Assembly: GCF_003918875.1 (NCBI RefSeq)
Contig: NW_025767134.1
Span: 806,001-870,000, forward strand
Direction of reading: 5' to 3'
Length of the DNA stretch: 64,000 nt
From: Haliotis rubra
Taxonomy: Eukaryota
Position numbers and translations under genes: made by a program. A model generated the notes under the pieces. The model was not told the origin of the DNA. It searched no databases and was given only the letters and a program-made list of their open reading frames with translations. Below are positions 11,077-23,661 of the stretch, piece after piece; position 1 is the stretch's first letter, and every line of letters begins with the position of its first letter.

Positions 11077-13336
11077 CTAGTCCTTACATGTGTCAGCTTT
11101 TGGACAAAGGTAAGTGGCAGTCACGTTTGACAAGTCACAGTTTTGCTCAATGAATATGATCGAATCCGTTTTCTTTATCAATTCTTGAACCTCTATCGAT
11201 ATAGTCAGGTCACAGTCATCATGGAGTGACTTTGACCTTAAACTATCATCTTTGACATGTTGTGCTATTGCACTCAACAGCGATAACGACGAGGTTGTGT
11301 CAGCTGGTGGTTCTGAAAGGGGTCTCTCGATTACACTTGAGGGTCCACGAAAGATCGCTTGTCCTTCCACTGATAATGGTTTCACGGTTTCATGGTGCTT
11401 TATCCGGAGCTTCACGACTTCGGTGTCAGAGGAACCTGTGTTTGAACACGGCGATGAGGAGTTAATATCTCTGTCGTGTATTTCCCAGTACTTGTGTGTC
11501 CAGTAATCACTGTCGTGGTCATTCCCCGACCTGACTGCATGTTCCGGCTGTGTCCCATCTTCTGGTGGAGATGACCTTGTGGAACCATCTCTGAAAACAG
11601 CCATGACAGTGTGTAGGCTCAAATGCGCATTATGCCCAATGGGAATTGGATTATTTAATAAAATGTATAAATATACGTTTTTGAAATTGTTTTGAAATGT
11701 TGACAGATATATTCATGCGATGAGAACAAGCATTTAATGACACTTATCTGAACTTATCTGACATCGCCAAGTCATAAAACAGTGTTTTGGAACCTGTGAC
11801 ATGATACGGTAGATTTTGTATATAATATTTTTCTCACCTTCCCAAACATTTCGGAAATTGTCGAACGACCAATATGACAATCCCAAGAAGGATAACCATC
11901 GTCAGTATTCCAGTCGTAATTTTAAATGGGAAATTTAGACCTCCTGCAGAAAAGACATAAAACAATAAGACACATTATATAAAATACATTATAGATATGA
12001 ACTTCAGTTAATAGGTTAATATATTATCGTAATGGGTATTTAATCTATCCAATGAAAGCAGTCTCCCCGTCTGAGAAATTTTACTGCTGAAAGGTCGATT
12101 GCATTATATAAATTGTCAGACTCGAGTATATGACTATACTGAATATGACTATGTTAGCACACATTGACGCTGTATGATATCCTGTTGACAATGTATTCAG
12201 TCAGTTCACAAGCCATTTACGGTGTTGTGTTGAAAAGGATCTTTACTTATTACCCATACGGATGAGGAGATCCCCTGTAATATCTTTTGGAGATTTGCAA
12301 AACGTGCACACTTTAGTGATTCTCGACGTTTCGCATTCATAATATTGCATCGATTCATTGATGAATTGACCGTGCTGTAATCGCACTGATTGAGATTTTA
12401 AAATAGTAAAAAAACATACAGGATTTCGATTTGGATGCTTATTTAATGCTTCATTTCATATTTCATTGACAATATGGCGTCGTTTACTTAACATGTTTTG
12501 TAATAAAAAAAAATTCTAATCGTATTTTGTAAACAAACATGGCTACCCAGTTACCGTCAATGACCTGGTCAAGGTGGACGGATGCATTACTGGACGTGGG
12601 ACAGGTAACATCACACTTGTCCCCTGTGTACACCCGGCTCACAGCTGTCACACACTCCCCTGTGTCTTTATCACATCCACCTCTACAGTTAGGGGGACAG
12701 GTAACATCACACTTGTCCCTGCTGTACCCTGTGGCTCACAGCTGTCACACTTCCCTGTGTGATCCTTTATCACATCCACCTCTACAGTTGGGGGGACAGG
12801 TAACATCACACTTGTCCCCTGTGTACCCTGGCTCACAGCTGCCACACTCCCCTGTGTCTTTATCACATCCACCTGTACAGTTGGGGGACAGGTAACATCA
12901 CACTTGTCCCCTGTGTACCCCGGCTCACAGCTGCCACACTCCCCTGTGATCCTATTACATCCACCTGTACAGATGGAGGGACAAGGTGTTCTACAGTGTT
13001 GACCGTAATACTGGGGATTCTGACACGGTCCTGTACAACCATTACCATAACGTTCACACTGTGTACAGGCTGTAGGACAGTTAACTCCACAGTTATCTCC
13101 CTTCTTGCCGGCCACACATCCCTCTGTACACACAACACGGGTGTTGTTCATCTGACAGCGAGAGTTGAGACAGGTGTCTGGACAGTCATGTTGACACTGT
13201 TTACCATAGAACCTGGAGTCCAGACACTGGAGACACTCTCCAGATGACGTCACATTGACACAGCGAGGTGGACACACCACGTCAACACAGGTCACGTTGT
13301 TAACGTCACAATTGCAGGGTGTGCTTTTAGAAGAAA
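11077..13336 (-). CDS. Multi-EGF single-pass receptor gene A (MEGF10/SREC-like); exons 13336-12555, 12385-12254, 11943-11838 (TM), 11590-11077; signal exon not assigned
   Basis: Canonical AG/GT sites with consistent phases 1,1,1,2. Cys-rich repeats CPxNCxGGCDxxTGECxxCEPGYTGDKC; TM ITTGILTMVILLGIVILVV; tail with HKYWEI. Small indels in 93-bp repeats break the frame (real or consensus errors). Confidence 0.8.
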
Positions 13337-14582
13337 CTGTCGAATGGAAAATGAAAATGTAAATGTATGGTATGTGTTCAATGTACAAATTAAACATCTT
13401 CACCGTCAACACAGGTCACATTGTTACCGTCACAGTTGGTGCCAGGAGCTGTGAATTATTTTAAAGCAAACGCTAAGCAACAAAATATTGTTCCTGAATG
13501 TCCGCACATAGTTTACTGAAAACGGCTCTCAATTTAGAAATAATAATACGATACAAAAATGAATAGGATTATTTGATATTATGTACGATAGTTTAGATAT
13601 GTGTGAATGGTGAGCGCCAACGGTAGGGTACACACAGATTTTCATTGCTTCATTCAAATCATGTTCACAGCTATTTTGCCCTTCACATGAAATGGAGTGT
13701 GGTCTGAGGATAGTCAAGACTAGGCATTTCTTTTTGTACTGACGATAACAATTAATGAGGAATGCTAAGAAAACATTAAGTGCATTTAAACCAAACCATC
13801 ACCCTGGTTTTGGTAATGCTCTAATTACATATTTTATCATATTAGTTACATGAAAGTCAAGAAATTGAGCAATATACATTTATACTGACCAAAGTAAACC
13901 GATATAGATATTTTCTGCGCTAGTGTTAATGCGTAAATATAACCCTTTTCTTAACATGCATAACTGCTTTAATGCTGTTGCAAAAACTTCTATTAGAAAT
14001 GTCAAAAGTGGATGAGCGTTTGGGCGGAAACTGCATAGTGATTGCATTCTTTCCAGGTCTTGTTAAAGGAAATCAAACACAATAAGTATCCATTTGAGGC
14101 TTAATGCAGCACCCTGCTTAGAATACAAAAATAAGAATTTCAAGCCAATGCATTTGTTAACTAAAGATAATAAGTTTCAGCAAAATCAATTAAATGCGTC
14201 ATCATGTCACTGGATTTGTTAGTCCATCACGTGATTGTCTGGTTTCACTGCAGGCCACCGTCGTACTGCGCAACACACAACACTTGAACAAGAAACTGTG
14301 CCACCTGAGGGGATTATATGTCAAGCAAGGCCTGCTTACCCTTTCCGCAAACACCTGGGGCGGTATTCTATAAAAGTCTTAAGTCCTTAAAAAGACTTAA
14401 GTCTATGGAAAGTGACTTAAGTTTTTTGAAAAAACTTAAGTTTTGTCTTAAGTCACTTGTTTTTTTCTTAGTCATATTCAATAAAGGTTTTAGACTTAAG
14501 TTTTGTTGTTTTTGGACTTATTTCCTAAGCCTGCATCCATGTAGGCTTAACTATAGGATTTCAACTTAAGTCTGTAACTAAG

Positions 14583-15414
14583 ATGGCTGCCGCACAGCGT
14601 GTTTATTTGCCAAGATCCAACAGATTCAATGATATGCGTGATGAGGAACTTCTTAAGAGATACAGACTGAACCAACAAGGTATTAGATTTTTATTGCAAC
14701 TTGTTGGAGCACAAATACAGCCATTAACTGGACGGAATCATGCAATTGACGCGACAACAAAACTTTTAGTCACTTTGAGGTTCCTGGCAACAGGCAAGTT
14801 TCAATTGTGTAACGGGGATGATCATGGGTTGAGCCAACCGAGCGTTTCACGTGCGATATGCACGACTGTAGAAGCCTTGACCACACCTGCCATGGTGGCA
14901 CGGTTTATACACTTTCCCAGTCCTGCCGAGTGTCAACGTAACAAGGTGGAGTTTCACCGGACAGCCAACTTCCCGGGGGTGATCGGCGTCATTGATGGCA
15001 CACACATACAGATACAGGCACCGACTGTAAATGAGGATGTTTACGTCAATCGGCATCACTACCACAGCATCAACACACAGGTACTTTCTTTACGGATTCA
15101 TATTTTGTGTGATGAAAAATAGTTCATTTCTAAAGACATACATGTACAGTAACGTCTCAAACCTTTCGATCGTCGATTTGGGCGTAACAAGCTTGTAAAC
15201 GTGCCGTGGTTTTGTATTTTTCAGGTAGTATTCGATCCCTTCGATCGCATCATTGACATCGTTGCACGCTGGCCTGGGTCCACACACGACTCGAGAATCT
15301 TGTCCCAGAGTGGCCTTTTCCGGTTAATGGAGGGTAACAACTTGCCAGCTGGGTGTCACCTCCTCGGTGACAGCGGTTATCCGTCCAGACGTTGGTTGCT
15401 AACACCTTTCTTAG
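14583..15414 (+). pseudogene. Harbinger (HARBI1-like) transposase, exons 14583-15080 and 15225-~15414; C-terminal exon not found
   Basis: LVTLRFLATG, FPGVIGVIDGTH, YVNRHHYHSINTQ|VVFD, WPGSTHDSRI, LLGDSGY, LLTPF. The region carrying the third catalytic (Glu) residue is not visible downstream. Confidence 0.88.
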
Positions 15415-15423
15415 GCAAGATTA

Positions 15424-15947
15424 CAGAATACCGGATACCTATCCGCCATTTTTATTTTGATTGCGCATTTATTTTTGCGCACTTCCATTTTGTTTCCTTA
15501 GCAACGGCACGCGATGAATGAAGGCTGTGTTGAAGGAGCGTTCAATATTAAATATTAAATATTAAACAATATTAAAGCTAAAAAAATGTAAGGTAAAGGG
15601 GGTACCCCCCTTTATTTAAAAGCCTTACCTACCTTACCTTACCAATCAAAAATCACTTACCATCAGAGTGTTCCCACACTGTAGAGTTCCTTTTCCCAGC
15701 ATGCATTTGAATAAAATTTCAACACACGATTACTTTTTACTCTGTTTACGTCAGTGAACGCTGTTAAAATCCCCAGTTTAGGTTTCCTAAACCGGAAGTA
15801 AGGTGAGGAATTCGATTTTAACCTTATTTTTTACCTTAAATTCGTATTTTTATTGGATCGCTCGCAGGCTCGCGCTCTCTGTTTCTTCTATATATAGGAG
15901 CCTCACGCGCACAATAGAATGTATATAATTAGGTATCCGGTATTCTG
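15424..15947. mobile_element. MITE nested in the Harbinger
   Basis: 18-bp perfect TIR CAGAATACCGGATACCTA / TAGGTATCCGGTATTCTG with TA flanks; no coding capacity. Confidence 0.8.
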
Positions 15948-16549
15948 TAAGTGTACCCATTACAAAGGACAGGTTCTAAATAAGCAATAGATTAACAGGA
16001 AAATAATGAGCACTGTTCACACACTACAGTAAAATCTATACTTTTTTATAAATCAATGCTTATAGCTATATCATTACAGCTATGTAATCATAAATATAAT
16101 ATAATAATTCATAAACATCAGACAATCAAAATCTCTCATAAGAATATGCAACTTAAATATAAATCAAAAGTAGTGACTTAGATGTGAATATCTTTCATAA
16201 AATATGATTATGGGATTATATGAAAAATTCCTTCAAAGAATGAATATTTATCATCTCTAAGGATAATTGTTTGTTTTGGAATATGTTTTAGAATTCATCT
16301 GATTATCAATTATTCTTTTACATGAAAAACAAAATACATTTTCTGTTAACAGTTAAGATTGACATTATTTAATTTTTCTGTAAATTTCTTGTCACATGGC
16401 AACAAGTGTTTATTGGTAGAGATTGAGTTCCAGCACTGTACAATTAGGTTAACTTTATCCATGTTTATACCTGAAATTATTTGATTTCATTTTATTCCAA
16501 AATTAATATAACACTCAATGTGTACACATGATATTCAACAAGTACATTC

Positions 16550-16828
16550 TGTAACTATCAATACAATAACAAGCAATAAAACTTTAAAATATTTGAAACA
16601 TTTGACACAAAATAGACTCATCTTCACCACTTAGTTCATTTAACCATTTGTCTATTTGTCTATGTAATATTTCAACATACACAAAGAAGTTAGCCCCAAG
16701 TATTGTAACTATCAATACAATAACAAGCGATAAAACTTTTAATTTTTTGAAACATTTGACACCCAACAGAGTCACCTTGAACACTTAGTTAATTTGTCTA
16801 TGTAATATTTCAACATACACAAAGAATT
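16550..16828. repeat. ~154-bp direct repeat x2 inside the Harbinger
   Basis: TGTAACTATCAATACAATAACAAGC...CATACACAAAGAA repeated at ~16550 and ~16704. Confidence 0.85.
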
Positions 16829-17238
16829 AGTTTTAGCAACAATCAAGTCAGAACATATGCCATAATTTCCTGGTAAGAACATGTGTTTACCCAACAATTC
16901 AAGTCAAAGAAAATCAAAATTGTTCCCATATTCTGTTATTTTTTTAGCTTCTGTTAATCTGCTGTCATTATCTCTGAACATTGAGGAAATCTACCTTTGA
17001 GAGATACATATAGATACAATGACCAAATTTACTTTTGTCAAAAAAATACCCCAGTACAACTCATACATGTTAATAATTAGACATAAATAGACACAAAATT
17101 CTATTTCATATTAATGGATAAGTCACACATACCAACAAATCATAACTTTAATGCTTTGTGCTTAATCAAGATTTTTGTGTGTAGGTTGAACTAGTCATAC
17201 AGACATAAACTGATACTGACTACTAGTATTTGATACAG

Positions 17239-19777
17239 CTATTCTTCTAATTTCCTTAATTTTGATTGAAGATAAGTTTTCTGTAACTTTAGAACTTCAA
17301 TCTCCAGTAGAAACTTCTCTCTTTCTAGGACTTCTAAGGAAGTTGTTGATATGGATGTTGCTGCTGATAGTGATGCTGATGCTGCTGATGCTGATGATGA
17401 CTGTCCCACCTGTGATGTAGGATAAGGACATCTCACTCCCTCTTGAACTGGATCTAACTCTCTGAAACACAGATGTAGATTATCAGTATTGTATTCATCA
17501 AAATATATCATTACTTTTTAAATCCTGTTTTCTGTTATTATTTTATCTCTTCAAAGATTTTCAGACAAATATAGAAACAAGGTTTATCTAATTTCTAATT
17601 TCAACTTTAATTTTAGGAATTCAAATGGTCAGGTGTACATGGTCAGGGGAACTCATACAATTGTTTCAATATGTTATTACCTACTTTTCAAAGGACTGAT
17701 CTAGCGCTAGGAGCTGGATGAAACTAGAATCCATGGACATCGGCCCAATCCCTGTCAGCACTGTATTCTCCCGGCCTATACAGTCCACCACAGCTTCTGT
17801 AACTGGGCTAATTGGTGTTGGGGGAGGTCCACCACCTGAAAATATTGTCAGACATTAATTATTGTAATTCTAAAAAATTGTTTTTTTCCACTTAATTGGA
17901 ATTACTCATACTATCTAAACATACGGTAAAGGTCATACGAAACATATTACACAACTCACCCAATGTCATCTGCACATATCATATATAGAAGATTACTATT
18001 TTTCGTAACAAATACCATGTTTACCTCATCAAGCAAGATAGAAATTTGATGTTTTTATGATTTTGCAATGAAGACTCATCTGTGTGATATTTTACATTTT
18101 ACAGTTTTCTGCTGGAAAAAGTTTTAAATAGTTGTATGACAGAAAGTAAATTTGATTTATAACGGAGAGTAAAATTGTTAGGGTCAGTAGCAAAATTTGG
18201 GGTCAGTAGTTAAATCGGAACCCCAAGATTTTTTTTAAGGCCCTAACCCCAATATGTTACCCTCCATAGGACATAAATTACAAAATTTACCGGTTGCAGT
18301 TGTTGCATTCTTGAAAGTGCTGTAATTTTTTTTGCCCGCAGACTTAAGGTTTTTCCATTTCTTTATAACCTCATCTCTGCTTCGTTGCTGTCCAATTGAA
18401 TTGATGGTGTCAGTGATTTTCTAAAACAAAAAGTTGTTAACAACTGGATTAATATCACCTCCTTGATTTGAAAATAACAAATTTTTGTTGGGCATTCTTC
18501 AATTGGAGGATGGAAAACGAAAATTATTTTAATTGATGAAAAACTAATATTTCAGTGCATTTAATGATTTCTCTGTTGATTATTTCAAGTCGGAGGGAAC
18601 AAAGGTAAAAAGGTTGCAAAAAATGTATATAATTACACCTTTAAGGCTTAGTAATTGTGTACCATTAATCATAGATATGTGTATTATAAACTGAAGTAAA
18701 GCCCTTTATTGGATTCCAAAACAGAATGTAGAGAATATTACTGTAAATAAACAATCTTACAAACAGCATCCGTCATATCGTAAGAAGGGCATTGTCTTTG
18801 TTTCAATTCAACTATTTTTTTAAATATAGCAATTCGGAGAGGGTAAAGATACCCACCTACATAAAACACTCAAGGGAATACATCAAGCAAATAAGGATGA
18901 AATACACTATTTTCTTTGCACAGTTTGGGCATACTTCAATACAGGTGTCTCTAGAATAATGGAGCACAACACAGTGACACATTGCTCAGTTCCAGTTTTG
19001 GAGTCACATAACCTATCAGTATTTCCCTCACCTTTTGAAAACAGGGATAAAAAATATTTTAATCATTGTGAAAATGTCAAAATTAGGAATGCTATATTAG
19101 CCATAAAACACGTACTCCATGCGCATCTTTAGCCTACACTTACNNNNNNNNNNNNNNNNNNNNNNNNNNNNNNNNNNNNNNNNNNNNNNNNNNNNNNNNN
19201 NNNNNNNNNNNNNNNNNNNNNNNNNNNNNNNNNNNNNNNNNNNNNNNNNNNNNNNNNNNNNNNNNNNNNNNNNNNNNNNNNNNNNNNNNNNNNNNNNNNN
19301 NGGCTGGTCCACTTGAAACTGTTCTCATCAATAACACTGGCACAGGAATGTGCAATTACATATTTTGCATCAGCCTTGACAACGGTAAAAATTGTCGTTC
19401 ATATCTGATCATGTGTATAATTTCTCCTACAACAGCACAGTGATTCTCTTCGCGAAATTCAAACACTGTAATTCCATTACTTTTGTGAGATAATTTACAT
19501 GAAAGACTCTTTCTGATTGGCATTTTAAACTTCATCTGATCAACTGACTCAGTACTGAATCACACAACATTTTACATGATATAAAATCACTCGAGATTTC
19601 ACTCACTTGCCATGTCTCCTGGCGACTCGTGGCCGTCACTCCCTGGGAAAATTTCCCCTCAATCGTTTGCTTGCTCGCCTTGACGAGATCCGCTAATAGG
19701 AGGCACTCATCCTTCGTCCAGTTTGGCTGCCTTTTCCGTGAACTACCACAACTACCGGCGTTATCAACATCTGTCAT
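17239..19777 (-). CDS. Harbinger Myb/SANT-like DNA-binding protein, 4 exons (19777-19607, 18420-18291, 17835-17685, 17461-17239), 224 aa
   Basis: Spliced frame open: RKRQPNWTKDECLLLADLV...RQETWQ|KITDTINSIG...RSRDEVIKKWKNLKS...TGGGPPP...LEREKFLLEIEVLKLQK coiled coil. All GT-AG, 675 nt in total. Confidence 0.87.
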
Positions 19778-20692
19778 TTTGTTTACGAGTGTCGTCTGCT
19801 GTAAACATCCGGGGAATTCCGGGGATATCCCGTGACGTCAGGAAATTTGTCCTGGGATTTCCCTTGACAACATGCGCACGCATGGATATGAACCTGACTA
19901 AGTTTTTTAACGCAGACTTAGCTAAGTCTCTGACTTAAGTTTATAATGAATACCGACTTAAGTTTTTGACTTACCTAAGTCAATTTTTTTAGACTTAGGA
20001 AAAAACTTAAGAAAAATCTTAGACTTTTATAGAATACCGCCCCTGGTGTCCTAACTGACTTTAAGGGATCCATGCATACACAACGCTATTGCGTTTTGTG
20101 CCCTTTAGAATCTCTTGCGACGGACAATCAAGACATGTTATTCTCTGGAGCTAACGTGTTAGAGATAGGAGAACAATTATTCTCCCTGGCGAAAGCAATG
20201 GTGATTTATATTATTAAAATTCAAATATTCCATATTAAAATTTCACCCATAAAATACAATGTTTTAGCTCGTATTATACTGATGCCATGTCATTATTGTG
20301 CAGAATACATAAAAAGTTTGGATTCAGTTAACAAAAATGTTTGATCGTATTGCACTCACATCAGAATGCTTTGATAAATATGTAGGTGCTCATAAATAGA
20401 AAATGCATAAATATGGGTTCACTAAAAATTAGTTCACTGATACTGCGGCATTAATGATTCTGTAACATAAATGCAGAAGCAATATTTCGCAGTATTAAGT
20501 AAGTATTTATTTCCTTTTTAGAAACGTTAGTTTGTTAGTCGTTGTACAGGAATAGCTTTCACAGGTTTTGTCCAGTTTATTATTTCCTCATTAGGAAATG
20601 AAACATTTAGTGTTGAATACGAATTGAATAAGATAAATAATCATGGCGTGCAGATTCACAGCTTTGATGTGTCATAATTGATGACTGGATAA

Positions 20693-21492
20693 CAGAATGA
20701 TAACAGTGCTTGTGACCTAAGGGACAGCAGAAAGCCCATGGGAGCCGGAGCCACCTCGCAGTTGGTACTGGGGTTTTCGACGTTCTCCCTTCAGAATGAT
20801 AACAGTGCTTGTGACCTAAGGGACAGTAGAAAGTCCATTGGAGCCGGAGCCACCACGCAGTTGGAACTGGGGTTTCCCACGTTCTCCCTTCAGAATGATA
20901 ACAGTGCTTGTGCCCTAAGGGACAGAAGAAAGTCCATGGGGGCCGGAGCCACCTCGCAGTTGGAACTGGGGTTTCCCACGTTCTCCCTTCAGAATGATAA
21001 CAGTGCTTGTGCCCTAAGGGACAGTAGAAAGTCCATTGGGGCCGGAGCCACCACGCAGTTGGAACTGGAGTTTCCCACGTTCTCCCTTCAGAATGATAAC
21101 AGTGCTTGTGACCTAAGGGACAGAAGAAAGTCCATGGGGGCCGGAGCCACCTCGCAGTTGGTACTGGGGTTTTCCACGTTCTCCCTTCAGAATGATAACA
21201 GTGCTTGTGACCTAAGGGACAGAAGAAAGTCCATGGGGGCCGGAGCCACCACGCAGTTGGTACTGGGGTTTTCCACGTTCTCCCTTCAGAATGATAACAG
21301 TGCTTGTGACCTAAGGGGCAGTAGAAAGTCCATGGGAGCCGGAGCCACCACGCAGTTGGTACTGGGGTTTTCCACGTTCTCCCTTCAGAATGATAACAGT
21401 GCTTGTGACCTAAGGGACAGTAGAAAGTCCATGGGAGCCGGAGCCACCTCGCAGTTGGTACTGTGGTTTTCCACGTTATCCGTTCAGAATGA
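20693..21492. repeat. 99-bp minisatellite, 8 units
   Basis: Unit starts CAGAATGATAACAGTGCTTGTG at 20693, 20792, ... 21485 (792 = 8 x 99). Confidence 0.96.
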
Positions 21493-21924
21493 CTAAGGAC
21501 AATCACATTTCTAGGGGCGCCCATTCCCACAAAAACATTCACTGACCCAGGAGCGATTTGTGTGAGAGTGTTATCTTATGGAGTTCAAACTGACCACCAA
21601 TCCCCCGCGCAAACGGTAGCACAGCTGGTCTGAAAACCCAATCTTGAAAATATTTCCCGTAATAACTCAACCATAAACTGAGGTTGCATTTGTTGGTTAG
21701 CTGTAAGGATCGGGTTTCAAACAGCACGATATCAGGCATGCTGTACTACGGCGACAAAGCTCATACCACTCAGGAGATAGTGTCCAGATATAAAGTCCAG
21801 AAGTCATCTGAATACCCTTTAACGCCATCGGGGCCATTGATTCCTTTGATTAGAAACTACATAACCCCTTCCATATCCGTGAGAAATCTTACGATAATAC
21901 AATTTAAATTATAATGTGAGCATG

Positions 21925-22015
21925 TGTTTGTTTGACGCAGCTGTAGTGCAGCTGTATGACGCTGTGTTTAAACAATCGAGTCTGGACCAGACATTCCAGT
22001 GATTGACCCCATGAG
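21925..22015 (-). mobile_element. 3' fragment of the non-tRNA short retroelement family (see 25329)
   Basis: AATCGAGTCTGGACCAGACATTCCAGTGAT matches the reverse complement of the family body. Confidence 0.6.
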
Positions 22016-22138
22016 ATACGATGATAGAGCAGGTGTTTATGAATCACTATTAAATAGTGATGATACCCAGTGTTCGCGACGAGGTGGACGTATCCTTGCT
22101 CTACGAAGTCGTTCAAACCCTATACTTAAAATACGTAA

Positions 22139-23057
22139 TCAATGGTCCCAACAGCTGAGAGGACCCAATCCGATGACACAAGACGGTCTGATACCGTCAC
22201 AATTTCTGTACAGTGCTGTTTGAAATTGATGGAAAACAGATGAGAAATATAGCGATGGGGTTTATTACAGTCATGTTGAGTACTGTTGCTTGAATAGGGA
22301 TTTAATAAAGCGAAACCATATTCTTGAATGGGAACGTTAGGACAGATCTATTACGATATTTGAAATTTGCACAAAAAAAGGAAATTAGAGATACAGACAA
22401 ATAGAGATTACTGTACGGGAATCTGTATCATACTGGTCTTGCGAAACGAACGTCGGAATTTATTTATTTCTGAGCGAGAGCGAGGATAATACATGAATTC
22501 TTACACGAGTTTCGTAAAGTGAGTAGGAGACACGTACGAGTGTAACAATGTCTTTATTACCCAATATTTCCATACCTTTTTAACTCCCCTTAGAAAAGTG
22601 CGCTGATCATGACCGTCGTCTTAAAAATTAATACAGCTATCATCGAAACACGTCACATAAGGCATCATTCCAACCTTACGGCACAATGATATTCGATCGA
22701 CACAGATAATACTATCCGGCTGACTTAACCAATGCACTGCCGCGCATGAAGTGATATTTGCACTTGTGCGCCAAAGATTTTTTATCAACTCGGTTATTTC
22801 TAACCCAATGGCCGTGTGTTAAACGGCTTCATATGTATTTCTGCAATTTACACTTTACAATTTTCTCCAGTGTATGAATTCGGTGTGCACTACTTTTGAA
22901 GTGCATCAATATAGTAGAGCAAGTAGTATGTGGAGTGAACATTTGTAATGAGTTTTATCCAAGGCATTTCTCTACAAAACAAACCTGTTGCTGTCCACAC
23001 CAATACGACCAGCGTTACAGGTGAAACAACTCCACGTTCAGGGCATGCCAGGTGCAT
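22139..23057 (-). pseudogene. Truncated receptor paralog: signal exon 23057-22985 plus degenerate EGF exon start 22215-22139
   Basis: MHLACPERGVVSPVTLVVLVWTAT-G|gt phase-1 exon like those of genes B-E; the next acceptor gives ALYRNCDGIRPSCVIGLGPLSCWDH*. Confidence 0.45.
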
Positions 23058-23661
23058 CTTCTTCTACATGAAAAGAGAAACGGACCAAATACATCAATTT
23101 AAGCACTCAAAAAGCTATCATGCATCTGTTAAACACACATTCCTACGTTGTGTTGGTGCCAATTGCTAGAATTTATAGATAAATAAATATTTCATCTACG
23201 TAATGAACGTACCTAAGTTATTTATCGTGCGGTAAGTATTACTTATTGCATACCATGAAACAACAGTCTTACCAGAATAATTGATGGATGTCTCTGTAAC
23301 GAGAACAGCGCCCTCTACAAACTATTTGAAAGATTTCAATATGCAGTGATCAATGGAAAACAAGGATGCAGTTACTACTATTAGTCAGTTTCGATCCAAC
23401 AATTTACGTGAGTCACACAGCTAGCACGTGTATAGCTGACACCGGAATGTTAGTTTTGTGTTAACCTTTTCTACTGTTAGGACAAATTGTGCTTTTTACT
23501 TTTGGTGAATAAATAATAAATTAAAATGATAACTAATGAATAAGTTTGTGTATTTATATTGCGCTAACTTCCATACAAAGTCACTTGCTTAAACCACACG
23601 TTCTTCGTTGTGGGGGAGGATGACTCTCCGTTACCAACCTTGCTTAGCTTCTAATTATTTG

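Larger units (their letters stand above)
14358..20042. mobile_element. PIF/Harbinger DNA transposon
   Basis: 22-bp TIRs GGGCGGTATTCTATAAAAGTCT / AGACTTTTATAGAATACCGCCC, 3-bp TSD CTG (14355-57, 20043-45), convergent transposase and Myb/SANT genes. Confidence 0.95.

Noticed and set aside
14340-20073. Reconstructed exon MDPLKSVRTPGVCGKG|gtaag across the Harbinger empty site as gene A's first coding exon
   Set aside because: Good donor and phase, but not hydrophobic like the other signal exons; may be UTR or chance.
20693-21492. 99-bp repeat as CRISPR array or zinc-finger gene
   Set aside because: No spacers; Cys/His spacing does not fit C2H2 or CCHC; no convincing start or splice context.
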